DNA from: Lama guanicoe | Lineage: Eukaryota | Direction: 5' to 3' | Assembly: GCA_013239625.1 (NCBI GenBank) | Contig: MU053561.1 | Span: forward strand, 3,837,312-3,901,311 | DNA length: 64,000 nucleotides | Shown here: one piece after another, positions 25,845 to 38,526 of the stretch | Position numbering within the stretch: position 1 is the first letter of the stretch | Layout of the letters: each line of letters opens with the position of its first letter | Position numbers and translations under genes: made by a program | The notes under the pieces: generated by a model | Seen by the model: only the letters and a program-made list of their open reading frames with translations | Database searches by the model: none | What the model was told of the DNA's origin: nothing

Positions 25845-26024
25845 TGTGGTTAGCAAGTTGGGAAAATAACCCTCAGTCAAAGCTTAGAATCCCAGCTTTT
25901 CCTTTGGTACCTTTAGGTATCTGGTGCTTGTTTGGATCAGTTTCCCCACAGCTCCCAAGTGAACTAGATGCTGCGCTTTGTCCCCATATCCCTCCTTCCA
26001 TTCTCTTTGCTCATTCTCATCTGC

Positions 26025-26210
26025 TATGTGCTATGCTAAGTGCTTTATGTATCAGCTCCTTGATGCTCACAGAAGCCTGCGAGATAGGCAGTATTATCTG
26101 TTTTATAGATGAGAACACTGAAGCTCAGCTATATAAACTTAGAAGCCCAAGGTCCCTCACTCTGTAGGTTTAGCAGCTGGAGGCAGGGCCTGGATCCAGA
26201 TCTGTAAGAT
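26025..26210 (-). mobile_element. MIR
   Basis: tgtgctatgctaagtgcttta...ttttatagatgagaacactgaagctcag...cccaaggtc. Confidence 0.75.
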
Positions 26211-28339
26211 CGCAAATTCCATACATCTGATAGTGGGGAACCTCATGTTTGTCTCCCCACGACCATTAGTCTGACTCTGGGCATAGTTGGTGTCCTCTTT
26301 ACTGCACATTAGCCAGGCACCAGCCTGTCGGCCATCTGGCTCCTCAGTCAATCAACACTCTTTGTGGGGTGAACACCATGGTGTGTTCAGAGGCCATCCT
26401 TAGCCCCGTTGCCGTCAACGACACAGGTGGCTTACACAGCAGGGAGGTGGACTCTGTGAGTCATTACTTCCCCCAGGAGGAGCCCAAGGTGAGGGCCTTG
26501 CTCACTGGTCATCAGAGTTGACACAGCTGAGCATGAGTAACCAGAAACAGGGACGGAGGGAGGGAACAAGGGAAGAAACAAAATAACTGAAATCATCATT
26601 GCTTCCTTCTATTCTGACAATGAAGACGTTTAATTTTCCACTTAGAGTTAAAACCCCTTTAGGCACATGGAAGCAACAGGTTAAGGATCCATGAAATAGA
26701 TCCTATTCTCAAATAATGAATAATTGAATTGTAAAAAACTCAAAATAGAAGTCAGTAGTCAATGTTATTCAGATGGTAATAATCATCTTGGAAAAGAAAG
26801 CATAATCATTTGACTCCATTTTATAATTCATTTTAAACTGCAACCAAATGAAAGGAAAAGAAAGAGGAGATAGAAGCAGAGAAAGGATGAAAGAGAGAAG
26901 AAAATGGAATAAAAAGAGGTGGCTTCATGGGTCCCATGTGGGAACCTGTGTCTTTCCTCAGGGTCCCATGGCCTCTATTCTTGTCTATTTCTTCTTTGTA
27001 TCTCCATGGCTTTTTTTCTCTACGCACATTTGAAAATGAATAGGGAAAGAAAAGAAAATTCAAAGGTAACTTTCCACTCATATTTGATTGTTCGAGTATT
27101 AACTACATAGCCATTTTCACTGCATTGAAAAATGCTTGATCAGTCAATTATCAATTCAGGCAACAGAATAAAATTAAGATAGCTGTAGCCTGGACTAATG
27201 GCTTTTAAAAAATTTACAAAGCAGTCGACTGAGTTCTGTGTAGCTGCAGGTACAGAAGAAAGGAAAGAGCACTGCGATGCTGGTGGCAATGATGACAAGA
27301 AGACAGCTAAAAGAAAAAATGTTTCCTGAGTGCCTGGTACTGAACTAGCACTGACAAGCCATCGAAGAGAGAGAAGAAAGTGGAAAGAAGGAAGAGAAAA
27401 GGGAAATATGACATGATATATTACTAACATGTTTCCTTACCTAAAAGATCTTCAGGGGTCATCAAAGCAAAAGGCAATCTCCTCTTCCATGGAAAAAAAA
27501 AAAGAACTGCTTCTGTCACATCTGGTAAATTCATCTGTTGTTGGAGAAGGTACAGCCACGTGTTCGGAGAAATAACCTCCTTTAGGCCCTTCTGTAAACT
27601 GTCTGGCTTTTATCAATGGTCCTGACTTCACAGAACAGAACAGTGTGAGAGGCAAACGTTCAAGCGAGTTGGCTTCCAGCTTTCAGGAGAGGAGTAGGCA
27701 AACATCCTCTCATCCAGCAGCTGTGAACCATGAATAGAAGGCCCTCAAACTCCATTTGGTTAGAGTGTTAAGATCAAGCAAGGAAACAGTTAACTTTAAG
27801 TGTCAGAGCTATTGCAGCCTCAATGAGATTTTATCCATGGAGTGAACGATTAGGAGAGACCAAATTTATTGTCATTCAGAGGAAGTATTTATAAACTTGG
27901 CAGAGCCTCATGTGAGAGCAGAACAAAGGCTGCCAAGGAGGTTCATAAGCTGAGATGGATGGTCTGAAGGTATTTGCCACATATCCCGCACACATATGGT
28001 GACGGATACCCTGCACGCCCGAGCTGGGTGTGTAACTGCCCTGCACGGATGCCGACGCTGCCTCCCTTGTGGGCGTGGGGTGGGGTGGGGGCTTGAATCC
28101 ATGTCAGTTAGACCTGGGAGGGAGAAGAAAGGATGTTCTGAGGATGAGGCTGCATGGTGGGGAGGGGTGGGAGGATGAGGACGATCGCAATGAAAGGGGG
28201 GGTGACAGTGAGAGTGGAAGACCCTTCATGACAAATCACGTGAAGGAGAAGAAACATCATGAGGGTAGGGCTGGGGGAGAAAACATAAGAGGGGATAACA
28301 CAGAGGAAAAATAATAGCATAAAGGGAAAGGACTCGGTG

Positions 28340-28570
28340 GGGGGACAATGGTCATGATCGGTAAGGCACATGAGCCAAATCTGGTCTGCTGCCTCATTTT
28401 GCAAATAAAGTTTTATTGGAACACAACAATCCTCCTTTGTTTACGAATTGTTTATGGTTACTTTCACCTTACAACAACAGAGTTGTTGTAACAGAGATCA
28501 TATAACCCACAAAACCTAAAAGATTTACTATCTTGCCCTTTACAGAACACAATTGCCCAGTCCCAGCCTT
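28340..28570 (+). mobile_element. hAT MITE, MER58A-like
   Basis: gccaaatctggtctgctgcct...aaataaagttttattggaacaca...aaacctaaaagatttactatcttgccctttacagaa. Confidence 0.85.
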
Positions 28571-28849
28571 GACTGTGGAGTCTGCACCCTCTCCGCCACT
28601 CACATACCGCTGATCTCTGCCAGGATCCACCTGTATCAATGGCAAAGCCTGATTCTATTCTGCATAACATCTGTTTATATTTATTTTGTATATGCTTAAA
28701 GCCTTGCTGGATTATTCTTGGGAAAGTAAAAGTACGTGATATCTCATAAAAATTAAGTAGCAGGAGCTGCTCAGAGACAGGAGTGCATGTCCAAGGGGCT
28801 TCTAACCCTGTGTCTCCTGAGGCCTTTCTTTCATTAAAGCAGTAGCACA

Positions 28850-29302
28850 TGGCTGTGGGCTGAAGTGTGTCCTCCTGATATTTATGTGTCGAAGTCCTAA
28901 CTCCGGGTACCTCAGAAGGTGACCTTATTTGAATCCAGGGTTGCTGCAGATGTAATTAGTTGAGGTGAGGTCATACAGTGTGGGTCCCTAATCCATTAAG
29001 ACTGGTGTCCATATGAAAAAGGGAAATTGGATGGTGCACCCAGGAAGAACGCCACACGAAGATGCAGGCGGAGATGGGGTGATGCAGCAGAAGCCAAGGG
29101 ACAGTGAAGATTGCCAGCAAACCACCAGAAGACAGGGGAGAGCAACGGAGCAGGGGCTCCTCCCAGCCCTCAGAAGGAACCAACCCTACAGACACCTTGA
29201 TCTTGTACCTCCAGCCTCCAGAACTGTGAGACAGTAAATCTCTGTTGTTTAAGCCATTCAGCGTGTGGTGCTTTGTTACAGCAGCCCTGGCAATCTAATA
29301 CA
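28850..29302 (+). mobile_element. MaLR LTR, MLT1C-like
   Basis: gaagtcctaactccgggtacctcagaaggtgaccttatttg...ccagcctccagaactgtgagacagtaaat...tttgttacagcagccctgg...aataca. Confidence 0.88.
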
Positions 29303-30414
29303 CACATGGACAAAGTGTCCCAAGTAGACTCCCTTTGCTGGCAGTGACTATCTCCGGAGGGGCTATTTTTATTCCCAGGGGGACACTTGCTTCAGCCCAG
29401 AGCTCACAGGAGTCTATGGGCCTTTCCTGTCTTTCTCTCAAAAAATCCACACTTGACAAGCAAGCAGTCCAGCCCCTGACCTACAGCTCTGTGATTGCCT
29501 GTTTCCAACAATTCTTCTTCCTTTGACAGAGACTCCAGAATAGTTCCAAGCTTCCCTTTTTATGACCACCTGGTGGGACAGACCACAAATGCTTTATCAT
29601 CTTTCTAATTCGAGTTGATCTTTAAGGTTTACTCATAAACCGCCGAAGTTATTACTCTGCTCTGAAGATGCCAAGTCCATTAGAGGTGTGGTTGCCCATA
29701 GGAGTGTCTCAGACCCCCAGGAGGCAGGAGGTACAGCCACTGACCTGCAGATTGTGTGTTCATCAAACTTTCTATGTTGGCTCAGTTCAGTTTCACAAGC
29801 ATTATATTTACAAGGCCATTGGCTCATGATCAAAATTTTACCCTCAAATATTAAAAATTAAACTAATAGTTCATGTGTGAATCCATGGAATTGTTTGACT
29901 TGAAAATGGGTCTCCTCATACTTCAGTAAAGCCTCTATTTTAAAGGAATGAACAGCAATTGTCACTTTAAAAATTATTGCTTTCCCCAGTCATTCCCTTA
30001 TTTGTATGTATGGTAAACATTCTAAACGGCAGGCATTCCGAGAGGCATTAGGATAAGAAAGGAATGGGACACACGTGTCCTCAGGAATCTCAGAGTCTGA
30101 TGGAGGAAGGCAGACGGGGAAATCAAGGCTGGACCACAGAGAAACCAAGACTGCATTGGAAGCCTGCATGTAAGAGAGTGGAGGTGGACACCCAGCTCAG
30201 CCTGAAATGGCTAAATCAACATAGGAGTTGGAACAGGCTTAAGAGTCATGGATGTTCGCATGGAAATTATTCTGATAGCAGGGCAAGGATTTGCCAGAAA
30301 GAAGGAAACAGAGTTAACACTTTGCATGCACCTGCTATATGCCAGCATCGTGCCAAATATATTCTATATATTTATGTCTTCACTATGACCTTCAGAGGCA
30401 GGTACTGCAGTTAA

Positions 30415-31220
30415 ATTTTTTAATTGTAGCAAGATATACATATATTTACCATGTTAATTACTTTTAAGTGTAAATGTGTTGGTATTACGTACACTCGTAT
30501 CACTGTATAACCATCCCCGTTGTCCAGTTCCTGAACTTTTTCATCTTCCCAAACTGAAACTGTGAACCTATAAGACAATGACTCCTTACACCACCTCCCT
30601 CCAGGCCCTGCCAAGCACCATTTTACTTTTGGTCTTTATGAATTTGGACTACTCTAGGTAATCAATATAAGTGTCATCATACAATTTTGTTCTTTTGTAA
30701 CTGGCTTATTTGAATTTGCATAATGTCTTCAAGGTTCATCCATCTGGTATCATGTGTCTGGACTTCATTTCCTTTTAAGGTGAGTAATAGTCCATTGTGT
30801 GTATATGCCACATTTTGTTTATCCATTCATCTACTGATGATTGCTTGGGTTGCTTCCACACTTGGGTTTTTGTGAATAATGCTGCTATGAATGTGGGTGT
30901 ACACGTACCTGTTCAGGTTCCTGCCTTCAGCCTCTTTTGTTTATACCCAGAAGTGGAAATGCAGAATCATAGGGCAATTCTGGGATTACCCTGGAAAATC
31001 TGGACACAGAATTTGATTTTTTTTGAAGAACCGCCATATTGTTTTTTCAGAGGTTGTACTGTTTTCCATTCCCACGGGCAATGCACAGGGTTCCAATTTC
31101 TGCACATTCTTGCAAATGCTAGTTCTGTTCTGTTCTTTTCTTTTCTTTTCTTTTCTTTTCTTTTCTTTTCTTTTTGTGATAATGGCTATCTTAATGGGTG
31201 TGAGGCAGAACTGCACTGTG
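30415..31220 (-). mobile_element. L1MB-like 3' fragment containing (TTTTC)n at about 31135-31173
   Basis: tttttcatcttcccaaactgaaact...tcaaggttcatccat...gtgaataatgctgctatgaa. Confidence 0.85.
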
Positions 31221-33419
31221 GGAAGACAGGTACAGTTATTATCAGCATTTTTTTCAGATGAGAAACTTGCTTAAGGTCATCTGGCCAATACCTGGCACTT
31301 GCAGAAATTAAACCTGAGTCCGTCCAACTCTGGCTCTGTGTTCCTGAGCACGATACCAGATGGCCTGGTGGGGAACTAGGAGAGAACCCAGCAGCTTGGG
31401 GAATGTAAACACAGGACCAGGTGGGGCTGTGAATGGAGACAAGGCTGTACAAGTACCCAGGGGCCAAATCATAAAAACCTTTGTGTTTTTTCCTGGAAAA
31501 AAAAATTCAGTTCTTACAAACAACTTGGAAACATAACATGCATGCGGTAATCATATCAATTTAAGGATAAAGAAAAGGAAACATGAGATGAACCCATTAA
31601 AAAGAAACCCAAATCTATGTTTCTCAGAAATGTAACCAGAAGAGCTGTAGGTTAAGGCCTAATGTAAGGAATAACTTCTTTTTCCATCAAAGAACAACTG
31701 AAAATAACCAAGAATAATAAGATGTAGGCTTCCCACTTTTCCATTTGTACTAAGCAAGGCTATTTTGGGGCATCTTATGGAAAATATAACCTCAAGGGTT
31801 AAGGGGGCATTCATCAGTCATCTCAGCAAATTCCTATCAGAAATCTTGTGCTTGTATGAGGCAAAGCCCCTGGTCCACTGTCCTGGATGAGGGATCCAGG
31901 AGGAAGGAAAAATCCCACTGTATATTTTGGGGTTCAGACTGTCCAGACAGACCCAGCCAGCAGGCCCCATGAAGAAGGGGAAGAGAGAAGAATCTCTGTG
32001 TGGGAGGGACTGGGGCCCGCTAGCCAGAAGTCAGGGTGGTGTGAGGACCCCTGAGCTTGTGGCTGGTGGGTTGAGCAGAGGCATTTGCTATCTAGAACAG
32101 CATCTAAAACAGCCATCTAGAACAGTGACCAAACCTAATATCTCTTAAGAATGTGGAAAAGTTTGGGTATGAATTGAGAGACAGAGGAATAGTAGCTGAG
32201 GATGAAGAAATAAGTAAATGCTTATGCAATGAGGCAGTTCTAACACTGCATGCTGTAAAAGGGGCTCAGAGCAAGAGGTGACACTGTCTCTTAGCAATCA
32301 TACAAAATGCCTGAAAGGGTGAAACCATATCCTGTTGGGACCAATCCTGCTTTGGAAACCTGCAAAAAATCAAATGGAGCTTGCAAACCTGAGGGACCTC
32401 ACCCTGGAAGATATTTTAGTCATATAATATGATGATGGAGTGGATTAACTGCTAATGAATCAGTGGGACTCTAGAAATACGCCAGCATCTTTTTTCAAGT
32501 TACATCTCCCACGCTGTGATGTGGTATAACACTGGTCTTGTCCATAAGATTCTAATGCTGAAATTGATGCTCAAATGTGTGGGGAAATTGAGTGAAGCCT
32601 CCTGGCCTTGCCCTACACTGGCTTCCCCAAATCACAGGCATGTGAAAAGACACATGACCAAAGGCCATGTGCCATGAAGACTTAAACTTACCCAGAGAGG
32701 TCTCACTTCTCCCTTTGGCTTCTGAGCTTCTGGAGAGAGAGGGGCTTGTGATACAGACCTGAAGACCTTCTGAGGAATCACGTGGAGAATTGAAGAATCA
32801 CAGAGCATGCTTTGTAAAGAAGGGATAAAGGAATCTGAGAGATTTTTTTAAGTCTCGGGTAAAGAAGAGACTTAAGGAGTATGCCAATGAAGTCTTTAAA
32901 CCCCAAAATGATGGAAGATAACTTTTTTTCTGTCCTGAGATGAAAACAAAAGGAAATGGACCTGCTTCACTGCTGGGGGCTTTCGGTCACTCATAAGAAG
33001 AGCTTACATGCAAGGAAGAGGCAGCTGAGGATAATTGGGTATGGGAAGTGGGAGAATGGGAAATATACCTTAGACAGCATCTAATAATGACAATAATAGT
33101 AGCCGTCACCTCTTACACATCCAGGCCTGTCCCGTGCTGTGCTGATCAACTGCATGTTACTCTGTTAGTCTGTGAATATTTACTGAACACCTGCTATGCT
33201 CCAGATGCTGTGCTGGACTCAAGGCTACAATGATGAGCAAAACTAGGTATATTTCCACAGTGCTCTGGGTGGGGTGAGGCAGGTTCTCTGGGTGAGTTTC
33301 TGGATGAGTCAGAAATAAATTAAGCATGTACATGTATTATTACAATGTCTGTATGAGAATATATAAAGGCCACGAGAATGTAAAATAGATAGGCTTTGGG
33401 ATGTTAGGAAACTGCATTC

Positions 33420-33560
33420 ATGTCTGTTAGGTTCTTATTCCCATTTTATTGAGGAGGAAACTAGAGCTCAGAGAGGTTAAGCATCTGCCCAAGATTGCAC
33501 AGCAATTAATGGGCAGAACTGAGATTCTTATCTACCTAGGTCTGTTTGATCCCAGAGGCT
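33420..33560 (-). mobile_element. MIR
   Basis: cccattttattgaggaggaaactagagctcagagaggttaagcatctgcccaagattgcacagc. Confidence 0.8.
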
Positions 33561-34599
33561 TTTTTTCTGAAATGTCTGACTCTAGAAACATCCCACAGCC
33601 CGATCATTTTCATTTCTGTTGCCTGAAGTTCCAGAGAAGACAGTTTTACTTTCAGTGATTTGATCAATTCAAGCTGCAGCCCAGGGTTGGTTTGTTATGA
33701 AGCTCCTGCCCTCAGTTTCAGGAAAATACTTTCTCGCTGACTCCCCTTACCCTCATTATTTGCTCCGTTCTGTGCCCAAGTGGACTGAGTCTCCTGCTTC
33801 CCAGGATGCCCTCCAGGCCCTTGCGGGATGAAGAGAGACCTGAGAGCCTCACCTTAAAGTCCAAGGGCAAGGTGGGGTCTCGTCTCTTCTGACCTAGGTG
33901 GGATGGGGATGGTGTTCTTAGGGTCAGGTATGTGCCTCTCTCCCCACTCTGCAATATCCTGTCCTGGGTCCCACTGCAGCCCCCAAGGCACTGTGCCCTT
34001 TGAAAGTGAGCAGGCAGGAGAGTTTAGTCTGGTATGATCTTTAAAATGGAATCAAATGAAATATATTATGTATTTACTATATATTATATATAGTATAATA
34101 TATCACTTCAAATGATATATTATGTATATATACTATAATTCTCTTAGCTACTTAATTACAAACACTGTACCTGGACTCGGTCACGATCACATATGGCACT
34201 GTAACACTGCATTACTTATTATATATGTTATAAGAAACATTTTACTATACAAGATTGATACAATATACAAATTTGTACTGCACCTGCTATTTAATTTAAG
34301 GGATGTTTCACTATATCTCACTTTTTGCCTTACATTCTCCTTAAAAATGTATTCCCCATATTCAAATTAAAAAAAATGTATTTAACAATGCCTCTCAAAA
34401 CTAGTGTGTATCAGAATCATCCTGAGCACTTGTTAAAACGGATTCCTGAGCTACCCACGGCCCCACCGCCAGAGATCTTGACTCATGAGACCCATGACAT
34501 TGTCTCCAGAGGAGTCGCAGGAGGTGCTTGGACTTCCCTTGAAGGAGCAGTGTTTTAACAAACGCCTATACTATGCTTTCTAGTGCCACACTCTTCTTT

Positions 34600-34755
34600 C
34601 TAAACACCATGCGAATGTCCACCACCAATCCTCATGGCAGCACTGTGAGCTAGGGACTCTTACTCTCCTCCTTTTATAGATGGGGAAACTGAGAGGAGAC
34701 GAGGCTAAGTAACTTGCCCGAGGTCACTCAGTTGAGGACCACAACCAGGACTCAT
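34600..34755 (-). mobile_element. MIR
   Basis: ttttatagatggggaaactgag...taagtaacttgcccgaggtcac. Confidence 0.8.
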
Positions 34756-35220
34756 TCATACTTGTAACCTGTTACGTGTCCTCATAGGAATCCAGGCCTC
34801 CCCCATCACATCCCTGGATGCTTGCCCAGTGACTTTGGAAGGTGGGCAGGTGAGTGACGGGCATCTGCTGCCTTGGTCCCAAAGCTGGTGTGAACACTGG
34901 GAACTGCATCCCAGGATCTGGTGATGGCTCAGCTTCTCTGGATGTCCGCCAGCGGTGCGGCAGGAGTGGGGCGGTGACAGGGAGCAGCTGAGGCAGAGTC
35001 TTGGCAGAGTCCGCCAGGTGTAGCAGCTGCTTAAACCAGGGACTGCAAATTCACACACCTACAGTGGCCAGACTCTAAGTGAGAGACTCCAGTGAGATAT
35101 AAGAAAATATTTGCCTTAAAACCACTCATTCTCTCAGCCTGGTATTTTTTCCCCCACTTTTGGTAGATACATAAATAGAAGAAATGTTTCACTTTTATTT
35201 CAACTCTAGTAAGAAAACCA

Positions 35221-35395
35221 GAAGGAGGATATAGCTCAGTGGTAGAGTGTGTGCCTAGCATGCACAAGGTCTCATGTTCAATCCCCAGTACCTCCACTGA
35301 AAATAAATAAATAAAAGCCAATTACCTCTCTCCACCAAAGAACATTTTTAAAATAAACAAAAATTTAAAAAAGTGGAAAATGTTGTTATAAAAAA
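35221..35395 (+). mobile_element. tRNA-derived SINE (camelid vic-1-like)
   Basis: A-box tagctcagtggtaga, B-box-like tgttcaatccc, cagtacctcc and an (aaat)n tail. Confidence 0.85.
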
Positions 35396-35619
35396 AGAAA
35401 CACAAAACATAGAAGCTTATTATATAGTGCAGTGACTATCTGATGTCTTTTGGGAATCAATCATAATTAGGGAGTGGTGGGGACAATGACAAACTAGCCT
35501 TCCCACAGGTAGTAGCTGCTGCTCACTTCCAGTCAATTGCTGCCAAAGGCCAATCTCAAGAGATACTGAAATCTAGATTTTTGAGGATATGTCTTTGCCT
35601 AAAAAATTTGGTAATTATA

Positions 35620-35644
35620 AATACATACACATATACACATACAA

Positions 35645-35681
<37 letters not shown>
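35620..35681. repeat. (CA)n microsatellite
   Basis: Direct reading. Confidence 0.95.
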
Positions 35682-35683
<2 letters not shown>

Positions 35684-35846
35684 GGATCCTCATTATTGGA
35701 AGATATCATATTTATGAACTCTGTTTGCTAATATTTATTTGTAATCCCAAAATCAATACTCTTGGCACTTTTGTGGTTATTTGTGGATGTGCACTGTGGC
35801 AAAAAACTCAAGTTGCCCAATAGGAACCATCCCAGCTGAAGCTGAA
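35680..35846 (+). mobile_element. TcMar (Tigger/Kanga-like) DNA transposon end
   Basis: gatcctcattatt...tttatttgtaatcccaaaatcaatactc...cccagctga. Confidence 0.6.
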
Positions 35847-35917
35847 ACTCCCAGGTGAAAAATCCCAGGCTAGCCTGCTGGATGACGAAGCAAGAATAAA
35901 TTTAACTATACTTCAAT

Positions 35918-35920
<3 letters not shown>

Positions 35921-35963
<43 letters not shown>
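35921..35963. repeat. (CA)n(TA)n microsatellite
   Basis: Direct reading. Confidence 0.95.
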
Positions 35964-36093
35964 CAATAAAAACATATAATGTTCAAAAAAGAGCCCCAAA
36001 CCCCACAAAACACCCCAATATTTGACTATATCTATAGGAGGCAAACAGAAAAGGCAGGTCTGCTGGGGAATCAACTGCTCTGTCTGTGTCCAG

Positions 36094-36781
36094 GAGAACA
36101 TGCCCCTCTGTGGGATGGAAAGGGCCTTGTGCTGGGCTACAGCTAAGGCCAGGGATTCTGCCCAGTACAGACTGGTGCTGGATGGAATTCCACAGGGAGC
36201 AAGGGACCTGAGGGGCAGCTCTGAGCCTGGAGGCTTTGCTCTGACCCAACGCAGGAGCAGGGGTATCAACGTGTGTGTTCATGGAGAGGGCCTCCCCCAA
36301 AAGTTCCTATCTTCTGCTCAGGTTTCTGAGCTGGAGGGTTACCATGATCCAGGGATCCTGGGCAGTAAGGGACCAGGCAGCAGAGTCAGGCGTGGGTCCT
36401 TGAGGAGTGCACGGGTGAGGGAGATGTGAGCCTAGCGTTGCTTAGCAACCAAAAGAGATGGAGAGAAAAATACACAAACCACTGTTCAAACTTCTCCTGC
36501 ACTGGAGCTGAGCATCCCTGGGACCGACACCTGGAAGGATGCACCCACAGTTGTCCACCACATCTGGGCTCCAGTCCGGCCCAGCACCCTCTCTACCTTG
36601 CTCTATCTTCAGTTGAGGCCACAATTCCTGGATGATGGCAGCTGGGCCCTTAGATCACCGAAGCCGGTACCATAGCGGTGAGAACTCTTCCTGCCCGCCC
36701 CTGCCACTGCCGCCAAATGCAGCAACCACTACCTGGAGTGCAGGCTGAAGGTGATACCATTGGGAGACCAGTGATGCCAAG
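36094..36781 (+). pseudogene. MROH-like pseudo-exon A (long 5' block, several frameshifts)
   Basis: Acceptor ctgctctgtctgtgtccAG ends 36093. Contains the CTGEGDVSLA, DTWK, GSWALRSP..YHSG..AR motifs. Ends at aag|GCgagg (36782), a GC or mutated GT donor. Confidence 0.65.
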
Positions 36782-36989
36782 GCGAGGCCTGCCCTCCCCC
36801 TCTTACCCAGGTCCCCAGCATGCTGTAGCTTCTAAAGTGCCAAGTACCGTGTTCCCTCCCATCCGGGCTGGGCCAGGGGCAGGGGCAGGCTCTGTCTGCA
36901 CCTGCACAGCTTCCTGGAGGACAGAGATGGGACAACTCCCAGAGGTCAGCTTGGATTTGTCCAGCTGTGCCCCTTCTCCCTGCCCCCAG

Positions 36990-37106
36990 TCCCAGCACTG
37001 CCAGGAAAAGGCTGTGGAGCAGCCCGGGCAGCATCTCAGAGGCCTGTCTCTGCAGGGAGCCTCCGGGACAGCTCTCTCCCTCCCTCAACACATTTGATGA
37101 AGAGGG
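36990..37106 (+). pseudogene. MROH-like pseudo-exon B (3' end uncertain)
   Basis: Acceptor ccttctccctgcccccAG ends 36989; reads SQHCQEKAVEQPGQHLRGLSLQG. Possible donors near 37106 or 37145. Confidence 0.45.
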
Positions 37107-37169
37107 TATTTGGGTGGAGAGGGCAAGAGTGCCTCAAAGGCCAGGTAGGAAGGCAGAAAGCCCCCGGAC

Positions 37170-37290
37170 ATGAGTCAGATGGGCTGGGTTCTAAGTCTTG
37201 GTTCTTCCACATTTCACCAACGAATCTTGAGCAAATGCATCCCATGCTCTGGGCCTCAGTTTCCTCACTTGTAAAGTGGGGATAGCAGTC
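37170..37290 (+). mobile_element. MIR (inside a predicted pseudogene intron)
   Basis: gagtcagatgggctgggttctaagtc...ctctgggcctcagtttcctcacttgtaaagtggggata. Confidence 0.8.
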
Positions 37291-37424
37291 TGGTTTCTAG
37301 GTGATGGTGCCTTAGACGGCCTGTGTAAATGGCTGTGTGAGGCAGGGCGCGGGGACCCGCAGTGCATGAGCGGCCTGGCTGAGGGGAGTTTCGCAGGGCA
37401 CCAGAGGCGGAGCTGGCTAGCTCA

Positions 37425-37560
37425 GTGACACAGAGCTCGGGGCTGGCTCCCAGGAGCTGGGGGCACCTTTCTGACCCACGGTCTCCTGCCACAGCATTAG
37501 CCTTGGTCCTCGAGGGACTGGAGGAGCCACGGAACTGGCTCTGCCGTCTTCCCCACTGTG
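37425..37560 (+). pseudogene. MROH-like pseudo-exon C
   Basis: GLAPRSWGHLSDPRSPATALALVLEGL, then in the -1 frame ATELALPSSPL (37526-37558); donor GTagga at 37561. Confidence 0.55.
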
Positions 37561-38014
37561 GTAGGACTCCTGAGCCCTGCCCACAGCCGATCCCCTGCAT
37601 GACAGGGTCTGTGTGTGCTGGTCCACATGTCCAGTTTGTCATTCTGTGTCCCATGACCACGTGGCTGCCCTTCCTTCCTGTCACCTTACCTGAGCCCAGC
37701 AGCTGTCTTTAGCAACATTGCCCGCTTCTCTCCCCGTCCACACGGAGCCTCCATCACATTCTGATTTTTTTTTTTTACCATAAAACCCATCCTGGACAGC
37801 ACCCCTCCTGGATGCAGGCACCGTGCTGGACCCCGGGGAGACAGCGCCTCAGGCATAGCACTGCCTTCAAGGGCTTAAACCTGGCCAAGCTTCTGATCGC
37901 AGACAAGGTATTTCACTTCTCTAAATCCATTGAGTATAAAAAGGGATTAAGAAAATCCCCAGAAAAGGATTAATGGAAGCATTTGGTGAGAAAATGGAGG
38001 TAAAGGGACAAACA

Positions 38015-38182
38015 CAGTGACTTGCAAACTTGGCTGCACACTGGGGAGTTTTATAAGCCACTGATACTCCGGTGCCACCACCAGAGTTTCTGATTTAATT
38101 GGTCTGGGCTGTAGCCTGGGCATTGGGACTTTTAAAAGCCCTCCAGGAGACACTAACATGCAGCTAACTCTGAGAACCACTG
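38015..38182. mobile_element. MER5-family hAT MITE (inside a predicted pseudogene intron)
   Basis: cagtga...aaacttggctgcac...ttctgatttaattggtctggg...tgagaaccactg. Confidence 0.8.
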
Positions 38183-38315
38183 GTCTAGCATGTCATCTGT
38201 GTATAATGACTTGTTGCCTTCGAGGGTCCCCACCCACCCTCCTCTGTCACTGAGGGGACTCACCTGTAATGCATCGTCCTCAGCAGTGAGTGTGCTGGCT
38301 CTGCCTCTGAAGTAG

Positions 38316-38432
38316 GAGCAGTGGTCTCAGAGGGTGGGCACCTGTTCACAGTCCTCAACATCCTGGGGGAAGAGGCAAAGGGAGGGGAGCAGTGCCCTCC
38401 CTCCCTGGGGCACCAGGCCACACCTGTGGCAA
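38316..38432 (+). pseudogene. MROH-like pseudo-exon D
   Basis: AG ends 38315; HLFTVLNILGEEAKG...QATPVA; GT at 38433. Confidence 0.55.
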
Positions 38433-38526
38433 GTACCTGGGAGGTGGGGAAGCTCCAGATGGCCTCGTTGGGACCTGATGCTGCCTGGGGTGGTTTCAGG
38501 GCCCATTGCTCCCCCAGCATCTTCAG

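Noticed and set aside
28070..28091. G-quadruplex-type motif
   Set aside because: The pattern is real but common in GC-rich mammalian DNA, and nothing nearby suggests function.
35225..35296. tRNA gene (also 46459-46530 and 14620-14680)
   Set aside because: A and B boxes are present, but there is no complete cloverleaf and each has an A-rich tail; these are SINE heads.
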